DNA of 64,000 bases from Nemertoderma westbladi (taxonomy: Eukaryota > Animalia > Xenacoelomorpha), in contig JAUCBJ010005988.1 in NCBI GenBank assembly GCA_032718475.1, positions 1 to 64,000 on the forward strand, written 5' to 3'. A model generated the notes under the pieces. It searched no databases. It was not told the DNA's origin and worked only from the letters and a program-made list of their open reading frames with translations. Position 1 is the stretch's first letter; each line of letters opens with the position of its first letter. The position numbers and the translations under genes were made by a program. Of this stretch, positions 27,425 to 41,362 are shown piece by piece.

Positions 27425-30400
27425 TGGAGCGATGGAGCGGTGGAGCGGTGGAGCGGTGGAGCGATGGAGCGGTGGAGCGGTGGAGCGATGGAGTAGTGGA
27501 GTAGTGGAGTGGTGTAGCGGTGGAGCGATGGAGCGGTGGAGCGATGGAGCGGTGGAGCGGTGTAGTGGTGGAGCGATGGAGCGATGGAGCGGTGGAGCGA
27601 TGGAGCGATGGAGCGATGGAGCGGTGAAGCGATGGAGCGATGGAGCGATGGAGTGAAGGAGCGGTGTAGCGGTGGAACGGTGTAGTGGTGGAGCGATGGA
27701 GCGGTGGAGCGATGGAGTGATGGAGCGGTGTAGTGGTGGAGCGGTGGAGCGGTGGAGCGGTGGAGCAGTGTAGTGGTGGAACGGTGGAGCGGTGGAGCGG
27801 TGGAGCGATGGAGCGGTGGAGTGGTGGAGCGGTGTAGTGGTGGAGCGATGGAGCGGTGGAGCGATGGAGCGGTGGAGCGATGGAGCGGTGGAGCGGTGTA
27901 GTGGTGGAGCGATGGAGCGATGGAGCGGTGGAGCGATGGAGCGATGGAGCGGTGGAGCGATGGAGCGATGGAGCGATGGAGTGAAGGAGCGGTGTAGCGG
28001 TGGAACGGTGTAGTGGTGGAGCGATGGAGCGGTGGAGCGATGGAGTGATGGAGCGGTGTAGTGGTGGAGCGGTGGAGCGGTGGAGCGGTGGAGCAGTGTA
28101 GTGGTGGAACGGTGGAGCGGTGGAGCGGTGGAGCGATGGAGCGGTGGAGTGGTGGAGCGGTGTAGTGGTGGAGCGATGGAGCGGTGGAGCGATGGAGTGA
28201 TGGAGCGGTGGAGCGATGGAGTGATGGAGTGGTGTAGTGGTGGAGCGATGGAGCGATGGAGCGGTGGAGCGATGGAGCGATGGAGCGGTGGAGCGATGGA
28301 GTGAAGGAGCGGTGTAGCGGTGGAACGGTGTAGTGGTGGAGCGATGGAGCGATGGAGCGATGGAGCGGTGGAGCGGTGGAGCGATGGAGCGATGTAGCGA
28401 TGGAGTGAAGGAGCGGTGGAGCGGTGGAGCGATGGAGCGGTGGAGCGATGGAGCGATGGAGTGATGGAGCGGTGTAGTGGTGGAGCGATGGAGCGATGGA
28501 GCGGTGGAGCGATGGAGTGATGGAGCGGTGTAGTGGTGGAGCGATGGAGCGATGGAGCGGTGGAGCGGTGTAGTGGTGGAGCGGTGGAGCGGTGGAGCGG
28601 TGGAGCGGTGGAGCGGTGGAGCGGTGGAGCGATGGAGCGGTGGAGTGGTGGAGTGGTGGAACGGTGGAGCGATGGAGCGGTGGAGCGATGGAGTGATGGA
28701 GCGGTGTAGTGGTGGAGCGATGGAGCGATGGAGCGGTGGAGCGGTGTAGTGGTGGAGCGGTGGAGCGGTGGAGCGGTGGAGCGGTGGAGCGGTGGAGCGG
28801 TGGAGCGGTGGAGTGGTGGAGCGATGGAGCGATGGAGCGGTGGAGTGGTGGAGTGGTGGAACGGTGGAGCGATGGAGCGGTGGAGCGATGGAGTGATGGA
28901 GCGGTGTAGTGGTGGAGCGATGGAGCGATGGAGCGGTGGAGTGGTGGAGTGGTGGAACGGTGGAGCGATGGAGCGATGGAGTGATGGAGCGGTGTAGTGG
29001 TGGAGCGATGGAGCGATGGAGCGGTGGAGTGGTGGAACGGTGGAGCGATGGAGCGGTGGAGCGATGGAGTGATGGAGCGGTGTAGTGGTGGAGCGATGGA
29101 GCGATGGAGCGGTGGAGCGGTGTAGTGGTGGAGCGGTGGAGCGGTGGAGCGGTGGAGCGGTGGAGCGGTGGAGTGGTGGAGCGATGGAGTGATGGAGCGG
29201 TGTAGCGGTGGAACGGTGTAGTGGTGGAACAGTGGAGCGGTGCTGTGGTGTAGCGGTGTAGTGGTGGAGCGGTGGAGTGGTGGAGTGATGGAGCGGTGTA
29301 GTGGTGGAGCGGTGGAGTGGTGGAGCGATGGAGTGATGGAGCGGTGTAGTGGTGGAGCGGTGGAGCGGTGGAGCGGTGGAGCGGTGGAGCGGTGGAGTGG
29401 TGGAGCGATTGAGTGATGGAGCGGTGTAGTGGTGGAGCGGTGGAGCGGTGGAGCGGTGGAGTGGTGGAGCGGTGGAGCGATGGAGTGATGGAGCGGTGTA
29501 GTGGTGGAGCGGTGGAGCGGTGGAGCGGTGGAGTGGTGGAGCGATGGAGTGATGGAGCGGTGTAGCGGTGGAACGGTGTAGTGGTGGAACGGTGGAGCGG
29601 TGCTGTGGTGTAGCGGTGTAGTGGTGGAGCGGTGGAGTGGTGGAGTGATGGAGCGGTGTAGTGGTGGAGCGGTGGAGTGGTGGAGCGATGGAGTGATGGA
29701 GCGGTGTAGTGGTGGAGCGGTGGAGCGGTGGAGTGGTGGAGCGATGGAGTGATGGAGCGGTGTAGCGGTGGAACGGTGTAGCGGTGGAACGGTGTAGTGG
29801 TGGAACGGTGGAGCGGTGCTGTGGTGTAGCGGTGTAGTGGTGGAGCGGTGGAGTGGTGGAGTGATGGAGCGGTGTAGTGGTGGAGCGGTGGAGTGGTGGA
29901 GCGATGGAGCGATGGAGCGGTGGAGCGATGGAGTGATGGAGCGGTGTAGCGGTGGAACGGTGTAGTGGTGGAACGGTGGAGCGGTGCTGCGGTGCTGTGG
30001 TGTAGCGGTGGAGTGCTGGAAGGGTCTAGTGGTGGAGTGATGGAAAGGTGGAGTGGTGGAACGGTGGATCGGTGCTGTGGTGTAGCGGTAGAGCGGAGTA
30101 GCGTGGAGTGGTGGAACGGTGTGGCGGTGGAGCGCGGATCGGTGCGGTGTTGTAGCGGTGGAGTGGTGGAACGGTGGAGCGGTGGAGAGGTAGAGCGGTG
30201 GGGTGGTGGATCGGTGCTATGGTGTAGCGGTGGAGAGGTGTAGCGGTGAAGTGGTGTAGCGGTGGAGTGGTGGAACGGTGGATCGGTGGAGCGATGGAGT
30301 GATGGAGCGGTGTAGTGGTGGAGCGATGGAGCGGTGGAGCGATGGAGTGATGGAGCGGTGTAGCGGTGGAACGGTGTAGTGGTGGAACGGTGGAGCGGTG

Positions 30401-31408
30401 CTGTGGTGCTGTGGTGTAGCGGTGGAGTGCTGGAAGGTTCTAGTGGTGGAGTGATGGAACGGTGGAGTGGTGGAACGGTGGATCGGTGCTGTGGTGTAGC
30501 GGTAGAGCGGAGTAGCGTGGAGTGGTGGAACGGTGTGGCGGTGGAGCGCGGATCGGTGCGGTGTTGTAGCGGTGGAGTGGTGGAACGGTGGAGCGGTGGA
30601 GAGGTAGAGCGGTGGAGTGGTGGATCGGTGCTATGGTGTAGCGGTGGAGAGGTGTAGCGGTGAAGTGGTGTAGCGGTGGGGTGGTGGAGCGGTGGAGCGT
30701 GGAGTGGTGGATTGGTGCTATGGTGTAGCTGTGGAGAGGTGGGGTGGTGGAGTGGTGGAACGGTGGAGCGGAGGCGCGGTGGGGTGGTGGAGCGGAAGGA
30801 GCGTGGAGTGGTGTAGTGGTGTAGCGTGGAGCGGCGGAATGGTGTAGCGGTGGAGCGGAAGCGCGGTACGGTGGTGGAGCGGTGGGGCGGTGGATCGGTG
30901 CTGTGGTGTAGCGGTGGAACGGTGGGGCGGAGGAGTGGTGGAGCGGTGGAGCGTGGAGTGGAGGAACGGTGGAGCGAGGATCGGTGCTGTGTTGTAGCGG
31001 TGGAGTGGTGGAACGGTGGAGAGGTGGAGTGGTGGAGCAGTGGAGCGGTGGAGAGGTAGAGCGGTGGAGTGGTGGATCGGTGCTATGGTGTAGCGGTGGA
31101 GCGGTGGAGAGGTGTAGCGGTGAAGTGGTGTAGCGGTGGAGTGGTTGAACGGTGGATCGGTGCTGTGGTGGAACGGTGGAGCGGAATCGCGGTGGGGTGG
31201 TGGAGAGGTGGGGCGGTGGATCGGTGCTATGGTGTAGCGGTGGAGAGGTGGGGCGGTGGAGTGGTGGAACGGTAGAGCGTGGAGTGGTGGAACGGTGGAA
31301 CGGTAGAGCAGTGGGACGGTGGATCGGTGGAGCGGAGGCGCGGTGGGGTGGTGGAGCGGTGGAACGGTGCAGTGGTGGGGCGGTGGAACAGGGGAGCGGT
31401 GGAGCGGC
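27425..31408. repeat. 8-bp G-rich satellite, ~500 copies, degenerating rightwards
   Basis: G(G/A)TGGAGC and GGTGTAGT variants; internal 414-bp duplication (29965 vs 30379). Confidence 0.97.
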
Positions 31409-33429
31409 CGATGCATGGGCCGAAACATGTATATAGTCGTGGAGCCATGAGCGAACTATGACTATAATATTTATTATTGGCAGCGAGATAAAATATAATT
31501 ATTTATTGTAGGACACCGCACCATCACTGTCCAACAGTCTCTCTACCGCACAGTATAACAACTAAATCATAGGTACTTTGATATTAATTTTTCAATACTT
31601 CCTAACATAATATAACCCAATCTATAACATTTCAACAGGCTCTAATAATCGATTAAGAAGTTCGATAAGACATACTATATCTCTCAGATATTATCATAAT
31701 TTCGTGCAAAACAACGAAATAATTAATTTTAGTAAAAATCATTGGCTTGAACTGTAGTTAAACTGCTATATATAAACACTATTTTAATTTGCTCCGGCTG
31801 GGGGCGAAGAGATCTTTAAAAAAATATATAAACAATATTAATTTTAAAAAAATAACAAAAATAACTATAAATATAGTTAATAAAAATAATTGTTTTCATA
31901 TTAATATCACAATCCCTCTAAAGTCGTGGTTGTCTAACATCATATAAGTCTAAAATCTGGCAGGCGTATATTGGTAAAAATATTTGATCACAGATATACG
32001 AATAATAACATATTAATACTTTATAACAATATTGGTTTATTAGAATAGCAGCAAAGATCTTTATGCAAAATTAGTTTTAAAAAAAGTCAAAAAAGGAGTT
32101 AACAAAACGAACATAAACAATCACATCCGGAAGGGAAGGGGGGGTGGTGGAGGGGGAAGGGGGCGTATATATGGGTAAACTCTAACAACTCCAGGAATTT
32201 TGCAAGTTCCGGCTGCTTATCTACACCGGAGTCCATGAAGAGAAATCGACATATTAATAGATAAATATCAGGTATAAATCTCAGGATAAATCCTCCTACA
32301 CAGAGCTTTACTTAGTAAAAGGGATGAAGCCTGTCGGCTGTCATCATCCGAAAGTCGGGCCCTATTCTGAAGCTGATACCTTTAGAGTTACATTCCTCTC
32401 TACTCCAGAGATGCATTCAGATGGGGGGGGGGGGGGGGGGCTATTGCCGAAAATAACCAAAACAATATAGCGATACTAACTAAAGTCAATATCACAAGTA
32501 TGACAGTCTCATTTATACACGTAGACCATCTTTGGATCGTGGAAAGTAAATTCCATATTTTTATGACGAATTTCATTCAAAACTTAAATAATATTAAACT
32601 CTACAGTTTGAACGCCATGTATTGTATATATAGGCCGATTCTAAAGAAGTTTATTTTACTCAGATAATAATGTTATAACTTTGTATTATATTGATATGAT
32701 TATATGATTGAATTATAAAAATTTCATTAAAATGATTGCCTAAAGTTCAATTGAGATATTATTTTCTATCTAAATTGTATTTGCATCTTTCACATAAGAT
32801 ACTTGGATAATATCTATATTACCTATCGGCATCAATAATATTGACAATTCTACTTTAAAAAAATATCATACCAATGTATTGTATAGTTCACAATAAACAC
32901 TTTGGAACTATCATATCTTGAAACGGCGAAAGAACGGTGGAATTCATTTTCTTTAAACCTTAAAAAATTACAAGAAACATGTTTGTAAACAGTATGGAAG
33001 AGGGATAAACAACTTGAGAGATATGTCACACTCACACAAAAAGACTCTCACTGGTCACCATTAATCTGAGATTCAATTCTCACAAATTCCGTTATATCAC
33101 GTTGGTTCGTCTTTAAAGTCCCCCGAGACCCAATTAAGAGTTGCAGGTTATGGCTGTTCAAAGTATCCAGGCAGTCAAACAGGCGTGGTTCCAACAGGAA
33201 CAATCCTTACTGGGCCTATAGAGGGGGTACATCCGTTACTGATGCATCCTATATGCAATGATGCACACCCTTGACCCTTGAACAAATTGAGAAATATGCT
33301 AATACGAGGTGTATATCAACCTCCTTATCCTGTCGTGTGTTCTTGTATAAGCCAACGAGTGGGTGTCAACCACCTATGCCGGAACTAATATTCCCTTGGT
33401 CCCTGTCCCATGAGATGGAATCCTGGACG

Positions 33430-36400
33430 TGCATGCTATTGGAATGAACTAATGCATGCTATTGGAACAAAGCAATGCATGATATTGTGACAAAGCAATC
33501 CATGATATTGGAACCAAGCAATGCATAATATTGGAACAAAGTAATCTATGATATTGGAACAAAGCAATACATGTTATTGGAACAAGCAATGCATATTATT
33601 GAAACAAAGCAATGCATGATTTTGTAACAAAGCAATCCATGATATTGGAACAAAGCAACGCATAATATTGGAACAAAGCAATCTATGATATTGGAACAAA
33701 GCAATACATGTTATTGGAACAAGCAATGCATATTATTGGAACAAAGCAATGCATGATTTTGGAACAAAGTAATCCATGATATTGGAACATTTGGTATCCT
33801 CTGCAGTTTGAGCTCAGCATGGACTCCCATATAAGAGTACTGGTACAACAACTGCCATAAATAATCGAATCTTAAGGTTCCGCTTTATTCTATGGGACTT
33901 CCAAAACCTGGACAGACTATTAAATGTTGTCCATGCCTTCCATTACGCATCCGAAGCTCACCTGGCTTTCTGATCCATGATCTGAAGTAGCAGAAGTCAT
34001 CCACATGATCAAGCAAGCCGTCCCTAGAGTTTATACCCTTACGATCAGACATTTCTTGAGTGCTGTCTAAGTTCACTACCATGATTTTGGTCTTTTTGCA
34101 GCCTACAAAAAAAACTAACTCTTCTAAAGGCTCCCTCTAGTAATTCAATTGGAACAAAGCAATGCATGCTATTGGAACAAAACAATGCAGGCCATTGGAA
34201 CAAAGCAATGCATGCTATTGGAACAAAGCAATGCATGCTATTGGAACAAAGAAATGCATGCCATTGGAACAAAGCAATGCATGCAACTGGAACGAAACAA
34301 TGGATGACATTGGAACAAAGAAATGCATGATATTGGAACAAAGCAATGCATGCTATTGGAACGAAGCAATGCATGATATTGGAACAAAGAAATGCATGCC
34401 ATTGGAACAAAGCAATGCATGCCATTGGAACAAAGCAATGTATGATATTGGAACAAAGCAATGCATGATACTGTAACAAAGCAATGCATGATATTGGAAC
34501 AAAGCAATGCATGCTATTGGAACAAAGCAATGTATGATATTGGAACAAAGCAATGCATGCTACTGTAACAAAGCAATGCATGATATTGGAACAAAGAAAT
34601 GCATGCCATTGGAACAAAGCAATGCATGCTATTGGAACAAAGAAATGCATGCCATTGGAACAAAGCAATGTATAATATTGGAACAAAGCAATGCATGCTA
34701 CTGGAAAGAAGCAATGCATGATATTAGAACAAGTCACTACATGATATTGGAACAAAGCAATTCATGATATTGGAACAAAGCAATGTATGCTATTGGAACA
34801 AAGAAATGCATGATATTGGAACAAAGCAATACATGCTATTGGAACAAAGCAATGCATGCTACTGGAACGAAGCAATGCATGCTATTGGAACAAAGAAATG
34901 CATGCCATTGGAAAAAAGCAATGCATGATATTGGAACAAAGCAATGCATGCTACTGGAACAAAGCAATGCATGATATTAGAACAAGTCACTACATGATAT
35001 TGGAACAAAGCAATACATGCTATTGGAAGGAAGCAATGCATGATATTTGAACAACACAATACATGCTATTGGAACAAAGCAATGTATGCTATTGGAACAA
35101 AGCAATGCATGATATTGGAACAACGCAATACATGCTATTGGAACAAAGCAAAGCATGCTATTGGAAAAAGCAATGTATGCTATTGGAACAAAGAAATGCA
35201 TGCCATTGTAACAAAGCAATGCATGCAATTGGAACAAAGCAATGTATGCTATTGGAACAAAGAAATGCCTGCCATTAGAATAAAGCAATGTATGATATTG
35301 GAACAAAGCAATGCATGCTACTGGAACAAAGAACTGCATGCTACTGGAACGAAGCATTGCATGATATTGGAACAAAGAAATGCATGCCATTGGAACAAAG
35401 CAATGCATGCTATTGGAACAAAGCAATGCATGTTACTGGAACGAAGCAATGTATGATATTGGAACAACGCAATACATGCTATTGGAACAAAGCAATGTAT
35501 GCTACTGGAACAAAGCAATGCATGATATTGGAACAAAGAAATGCATGCCATTGGACCAAAGCAATGCCTGACATTGGAACAAAGCAATGTATTCTATTGG
35601 AACAAACCAATGCATGCTACTGGAACAAACCAATGCATGATATTGGAACAAAGATAAGCATGCCATTGGAACAAAGCAATGCATGCTATTGGAACAAAGC
35701 AATGCATGCTATTGGAACAAAGCATTGCATGCTATTGGAACGAAGCAATGCATGCTATTGGAAAAACGCATTACATGATATTGGAACAAAGCAATGCATG
35801 CTATTGGAACAAAAAAGCTATGCATGGTATTGGATCAAAGCAATGCATGCTACTGGAACGAAGCAATTCATGCTATTGGAACAAATCAATGCATGCCACT
35901 GGAACAAAGCAATGCATGCTATTGGAACAAAGCAATTCACGTTACTGGAACGAAGCATTGTATGATATTGGAACAGCGCAATACATGCCATTGGAACAAA
36001 GCAAGGCATGCTATTGGAACAAAGCTATGCATGCTATTGGAACAAAGCAATGCATGCTACTGGAACGAAGCAATGCATGTTATTGGAACATATCAATGCA
36101 TACCACTGGAACAAAGCAATGTATTCTATTGGAACAAAGCAATGCATGTTACTGGAACGAAGCAATGCATGATATTGGAACAAAGCAAAGGATAATATTG
36201 GAACAAAGCAATGCATGCTACTGGAACAAAGCAATGCATGATATTGGAACAAAGAAATGCATGTCATTGGAAAGCAATGCATGCTACTTGAACGAGGCAA
36301 TGCATGATATTGGAAAAACGCAATACATGATATTGGAACAAAGCAATGCATGCTATTGGAACAAAGCTATGGATGGTATTGGATCAAAGCAATGCATGCT

Positions 36401-36930
36401 ACTGGAACGAAGCAATGCATGCTATTGGAACAAATCAATGTATGCCACTGGAACAAAGCAATGCATGCTATTGGAACAAAGCAATTCATGTTACTGGAAC
36501 GAAGCAATGTATGATATTGGAACAACGCAATACATGCCATTGGAACAAAGCAATGCATGCTATTGGAACACAGCTATGCATGCTATTGGAACAAAGCAAT
36601 GCATGCTACTGGAACGAAGCAATGCATGTTATTGGAACAAATCAATGCATACCACTGGAACAAAGCAATGTATTCTATTGGAACAAAGGAATTCATGTTA
36701 CTGGAACGAAGCAATGTATGATATTGGAACAACACAATACATGCCATTGGAACAAAGCAATGCATGATATTAGAACAAAGCAATGCATGATATTAGAACA
36801 AAGCAATGCATGCTACTGGAACAAAGCAATGCATGATATTGGAACAAAGAAATGCATGCCATTGGAACAAAGCAATGCATGCCATTGTAACAAAGCAATG
36901 CATGATATTGGAACAAAGCAATGCAAGCTA
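33430..36930. repeat. 23-bp minisatellite, split by a LINE fragment
   Basis: ATTGGAACAAAGCAATGCATG(C/A)T. Confidence 0.96.
33791..34147 (-). mobile_element. RTE-like LINE fragment inside the 23-bp array
   Basis: KTKIMVVNLDSTQEMSD..LDHVDDFCY..SWI and ..VLLYGSPC; nucleotide similarity to 1660-1740 (KTKILIVNFDSPQEMSE). Confidence 0.75.
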
Positions 36931-37408
36931 TTGGCTACCATTGGTTTCAATATTGGAAATTATTCGCTAATGGCCTTTGATATTGATTAGAATCATTGTT
37001 AATATAAACATAATGAGGAAAAAGAAACCCAAACCAATTTGGATAACAATAATAATTGTTAACCCACTCGCCTTATCAGAACAGGTTTTATGATTAAGAA
37101 CTTCGATATTTCGATGAATAATTTATTCATAAAATATGGTCGATATATGCGGTGTTCCTACGGCTGCTTACATCACTGTGTAATAATAATAGGAATTCTG
37201 TTAGTAATTGCAAACAACACACCCCGTGCCATATTCAGAGATATTCATTCGCATAGGACAATAAATATAATTAAAGTATAATAGAGGGGGCCTACATAGT
37301 ATATTAAATAAATATATCAGTTACACAAAAAGGATTAGGTATAATGAAAATGTTAACTTGAGTTTTTAATCGCAATAATTTTTATTGTCCGTATAAATCA
37401 CTCATGAT

Positions 37409-38665
37409 ATCCTTTTTTTGACTTTTTATGTCCTCCAGAAATTTACCGTTAGGTTCCATGCTACCGGCTTCTCTACTGCTGTTCTCTCAGGCTATCAGTA
37501 CCGGTATTAGTATATAGAGTACTATTTTGCAGTATTGCTGTATTGTATGTATAGATGTAGGTATAAAGCAGGTATTTTAGGTATTTTAGTGCCGGTACCG
37601 GCACCGGTACTGCTGTAGGTCTACTGTGTAGCCTACCATTTAAATACGGTAATGGTAGGCCTACCGGCTGACCGGTTGTTTTGGTTAGAAAATCCCGCCT
37701 CTGTAACCTGCTCCTTTCCCTGATTTGGTAAAGTGACCGTTTATTGTTTTAGTTAGAAAGGCCCGCCTCTGTAACCTGCTCCTTTCCTTCATTTTGTAAA
37801 GTGACTGTTTATTGTTTTGGTTAGAAAATCCCGCCTCTGTAACCTGCCCCTTTCCCTCAATTAGTTAAATGATCGTTTATTGTTTTGGTTAGAAAATCCC
37901 GCGTCTGTAACCTGCTCCTTTCCCTCAATTAGTTAAGTGATCGTTTATTGTTTTGGTTAGAAAACCCCACCTCTGTAACCTGCTCCTTTCCCTCAATTAG
38001 TTAAGTGATCGTTTATTGTTTTGGTTAGGAAATCCCGCCTCTGTAACCTGCTCCTTTCTCTCAATTGGTAATGTTATCGTTTATTGTTTTGGTTAGAAAA
38101 GACCATCTATGTAACCTGCTCCTTTCCTTCATTTGGTAAAGTGATTGTCTATTGTTTTGGTTAGAAAATCCCGCCTCTGTAACCTGCTCCTTTCCCTGAT
38201 TTGGTAAAGTGACCGTTTATTGTTTTGGTTAGAAAGGCTAGCCTCTGTAACCTGCTCCTTTCCTTCTTTTGGTAAAGTGACTTTATTGTTTTGGTTAGAA
38301 AATCCGGCCTTAACCTGCTCCTTTCCATCAATTGGTAATTGTTTTTGGCTATAAAATGAGTGTTTTGCTACGTCATGTGGTAATCGATTATCGACAACAA
38401 CCACAACCTATTAAATTTAGAGTCTTTTTACCACAGGCGCATATGGAAATCTATCTCATAGTCTATAAATCAACAAATTTTGAATGTTTTGGCATAGGCA
38501 TGTTGAAATTAACTGTCTGACAGTCCAGAAATCAGCAGTCTGACAGTTTGAAGAAATACATACATAAAAAGTCATTAAAGGACAACAAAAGTCATTAAAG
38601 GGACAATAAAAGTCATTATGCACAATTCGTAAAAAAAGGAGGACAAAAAAGTCAAATAAAAGGAC
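37409..38665. mobile_element. Candidate non-autonomous inverted-repeat element with an internal 68-bp array
   Basis: ATCCTTTTTTTGACTTTTTATGTCCTCC (37409-37436) is inverted to GGAGGACAAAAAAGTCAAATAAAAGGAC (38638-38665). Confidence 0.5.
37672..38345. repeat. 68-bp minisatellite, ~10 copies
   Basis: TTTATTGTTTTGGTTAGAAAATCCCGCCTCTGTAACCTGCTCCTTTCCCTCAATTAGTTAAGTGATCG. Confidence 0.93.
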
Positions 38666-40351
38666 ATAAAAAATCACTGCCGTTTTTTAATCTGGTCCAA
38701 AGAGTACAGTACAGTACATGGCTGTTAGCATTGTATCAATGAATCAATTAGTTAAACCTTTACATTTACATACTACAGTTTATCACCCAAATGAATGGAA
38801 TTGCAGAAATAAATGAAATCTCGCAACTTTCATTCAAATGTATTTGTTTGTTTACTGTAATTACTACGCGGTCGTTTCTCATTCACAGTTAATGGATACA
38901 TTGACTATGTTAGGAGACTAATTAACTCCTCGTGACACACAAGGACTAGAAGAGGTAGTACGCCGGTATCCTGTGGCTGTGTATCCTGTAGTAGATGCGA
39001 TGCATGGGTCGAAAAGTTCATTACAGAAGTCCAGAAAGTATCGACCGCAATCTCCACTGACTGCCTCCAAAGCAGAGAAGATTCTGGTTATAAACTTCAT
39101 TAATTGCGCAAAGAATGTACGATGTGTGATGCGATGTGTACAATGGCGGTACACTGGTGGTCACTCACACACTGTGCAGTAATACGTCCACTGTGCTTAA
39201 TCTATCCATGAGGTCTACAAAATCTCCACTAGATCAGGTTCCAAACTTGAATGGACTAATGGGACGACTCCAAAACTGTGCAGGGTCTGTTTGGAGAAGT
39301 GTGCACTATAGTATACTATATTGACACACACGTTCGTGGGGCCTTCGCGCAGCACGAGGCTCAGTTATCAGAAACAGATTAAAATTAAGCAATTCTATTC
39401 CAAAATCGGCATTTAAGAAATTTCACCAAACCGCCAATAAGAATAAATCAAAGAAGAGAGAATTGTTCCCCCCTTCAACCCCCTCTTAATCTGCACGACT
39501 GCCGGGCTGCACCACCCCAACCCAAAGGCGCACAGAGGATTAATGAAAGGCAGAGGTATTACCAGGAAATTTGTGTTTTAAATTTTAGGCGTAGAGGCGA
39601 CCCAATTTGAAAAAATATTAAAACTTACCTTATGCCGATAGTATTGATACTGAAATATTATGAAACTCTCGTATTGGCCAACGTATTAACAAATTTATTC
39701 TGATCTGAGCTACATGTAATTTAAGTTTAAAACGCTGCTTGGATAAGCCATCATTCAAACGAGAGCGAGCATAGCCTAAATTGTATGTGATACTGCATTA
39801 ACGATGAGCAAAGCAACTTGCGAGATTCTATGTTTAAAACAATTTATCAACGTATTTTCTCCAGATAAACAGTTATCTAAAACAGCGTCAAATATTTAAC
39901 TTATTCTCTCTTATGACGTTGGTATTATATTTAATGGAGTAGGCCTACGGACAATTACGACCCGGACTATTATAGCTTAACGTTAGGGGAACTTCCATAT
40001 ATTACGAACACCAATTTGGCCAATTTTTTACCCAAAAACCCTCCCACCCACACCCCTTTTAAATCAAAAATATCTAGGCCTACAGTATTTGCAGTGCTTA
40101 TTCTTGTGCTATAATAATGTAAAATGTATTTATTATTTTTATTTATTTATTCACCTGTATTAATAATAATTGTTAAATAACAAATTGTATTCTTTATTTA
40201 TTTATTCTTTGTTCTTTATATTTATTATTTTTGTATTATCGTACATAAATTGGTTAAACACTTTAATATGCAATAAAAACTAAATGCATTAAATAATATA
40301 ACGACGAGTTCAATAACTATACGGACAGTCCTGGCCGTAATTTCATTTGCG

Positions 40352-40470
40352 ATGTACCTAAAGTACCATAATTATTTGTAATGTACCTAACGTACCATAA
40401 TTATTTGTAATGAACCTAACGTACCATAATTATTTGTAATGTACCTAACGTACCATAATTATTTGTAATT
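40352..40470. repeat. 29-bp repeat, 4 copies
   Basis: ATGTACCTAACGTACCATAATTATTTGTA. Confidence 0.9.
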
Positions 40471-40567
40471 GCGTCAAATAACAAATAATTTTACAGCCGC
40501 TTCAGCACATAACTCTGTATGTCACAATTCACAGCCCCCCCCTTCTAAAATATTATCTTAGAATGTT

Positions 40568-40700
40568 GTGTGACGGACCTTCGTCCTGGTGTGACGGACC
40601 TTCGTCTTATTCGGACCTTTGTCCCATTCGGACAAAGGTCCTGTTGTTTCGGACCTTCGTCCTAGGTGTTCCGTCCCATTCGGACCTTCGTCCTGGAACC
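40568..40700. mobile_element. Terminus of a dispersed repeat rich in GGACCTTCGTCC
   Basis: Reverse-complement relatives at 18857-18928 (GGTTCCAGAACCAAGGTCTG..) and ~19706-19755. Confidence 0.6.
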
Positions 40701-40705
40701 GATGA

Positions 40706-41362
40706 TTGAACTGGTTCCCAAACTAGGCAATAGCACGCATGCCAAGGAATGAGAGAAGTATAAAGTGACTAGGGCATTTTGATAACCTAATTACGTATAG
40801 ATCAATTAAAAACACATTTCTTAAAGCAAATCACTTGAACTAATTTTTTTTATTTAATTACACGCCCAGCTTGCCAAAGACGTAAGATTGTGTGAACATT
40901 CTAGAATGTGATAAGTTGATGCTTGTCTGTTGCAAAGCTTACAAATGCAGCTTTCCTGAGCTACTTGAACTAATTAAAAACTATAATGGAATGGGTTAAG
41001 GAGATTAGAGCTGTATCATTTTTAAGTATAATTATTTATATCTTATACTATAAAATAATTAATTTCCATTAAAAGTCATGTTGAAAATGCTGTTTTTACC
41101 CTAACCAACTTAATTAATTTTAATTTAATTTATTAACTGCTATTATCTTAGCTTCTCGAAGGCCACACGCAAATTCAACTTGGAAAATTTCTAAACGTTT
41201 GCCAGACTACATGTGTACCAAGTTTGGGATTTGTTGGGAAACTGGGATCGAGATTTGGCTGAGTTATTATCGTTTAAAATTAAACACAGAACAACAGACA
41301 CACCGATTGAGTTAGTGGTACCCGTATGTTAAGCTCGCTTACTTTCGTGGCTCGCCCCACAA
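40706..41362 (+). mobile_element. Dispersed non-autonomous element (Helitron/HINE-like), copy A
   Basis: Aligns over its length to the reverse complement of 47631-48152. 3' part has ..CCAAGTTTGG..CTGAGTTATT..ACAGACAC..GCTCGCTTACTTTCGTGGCTCGCCCCACAA. Class assignment is tentative. Confidence 0.65.

Noticed and set aside
32320-32360. Hammerhead-ribozyme-like GATGA..CGAAA
   Set aside because: The core CUGANGA is incomplete and I could not build the stems.
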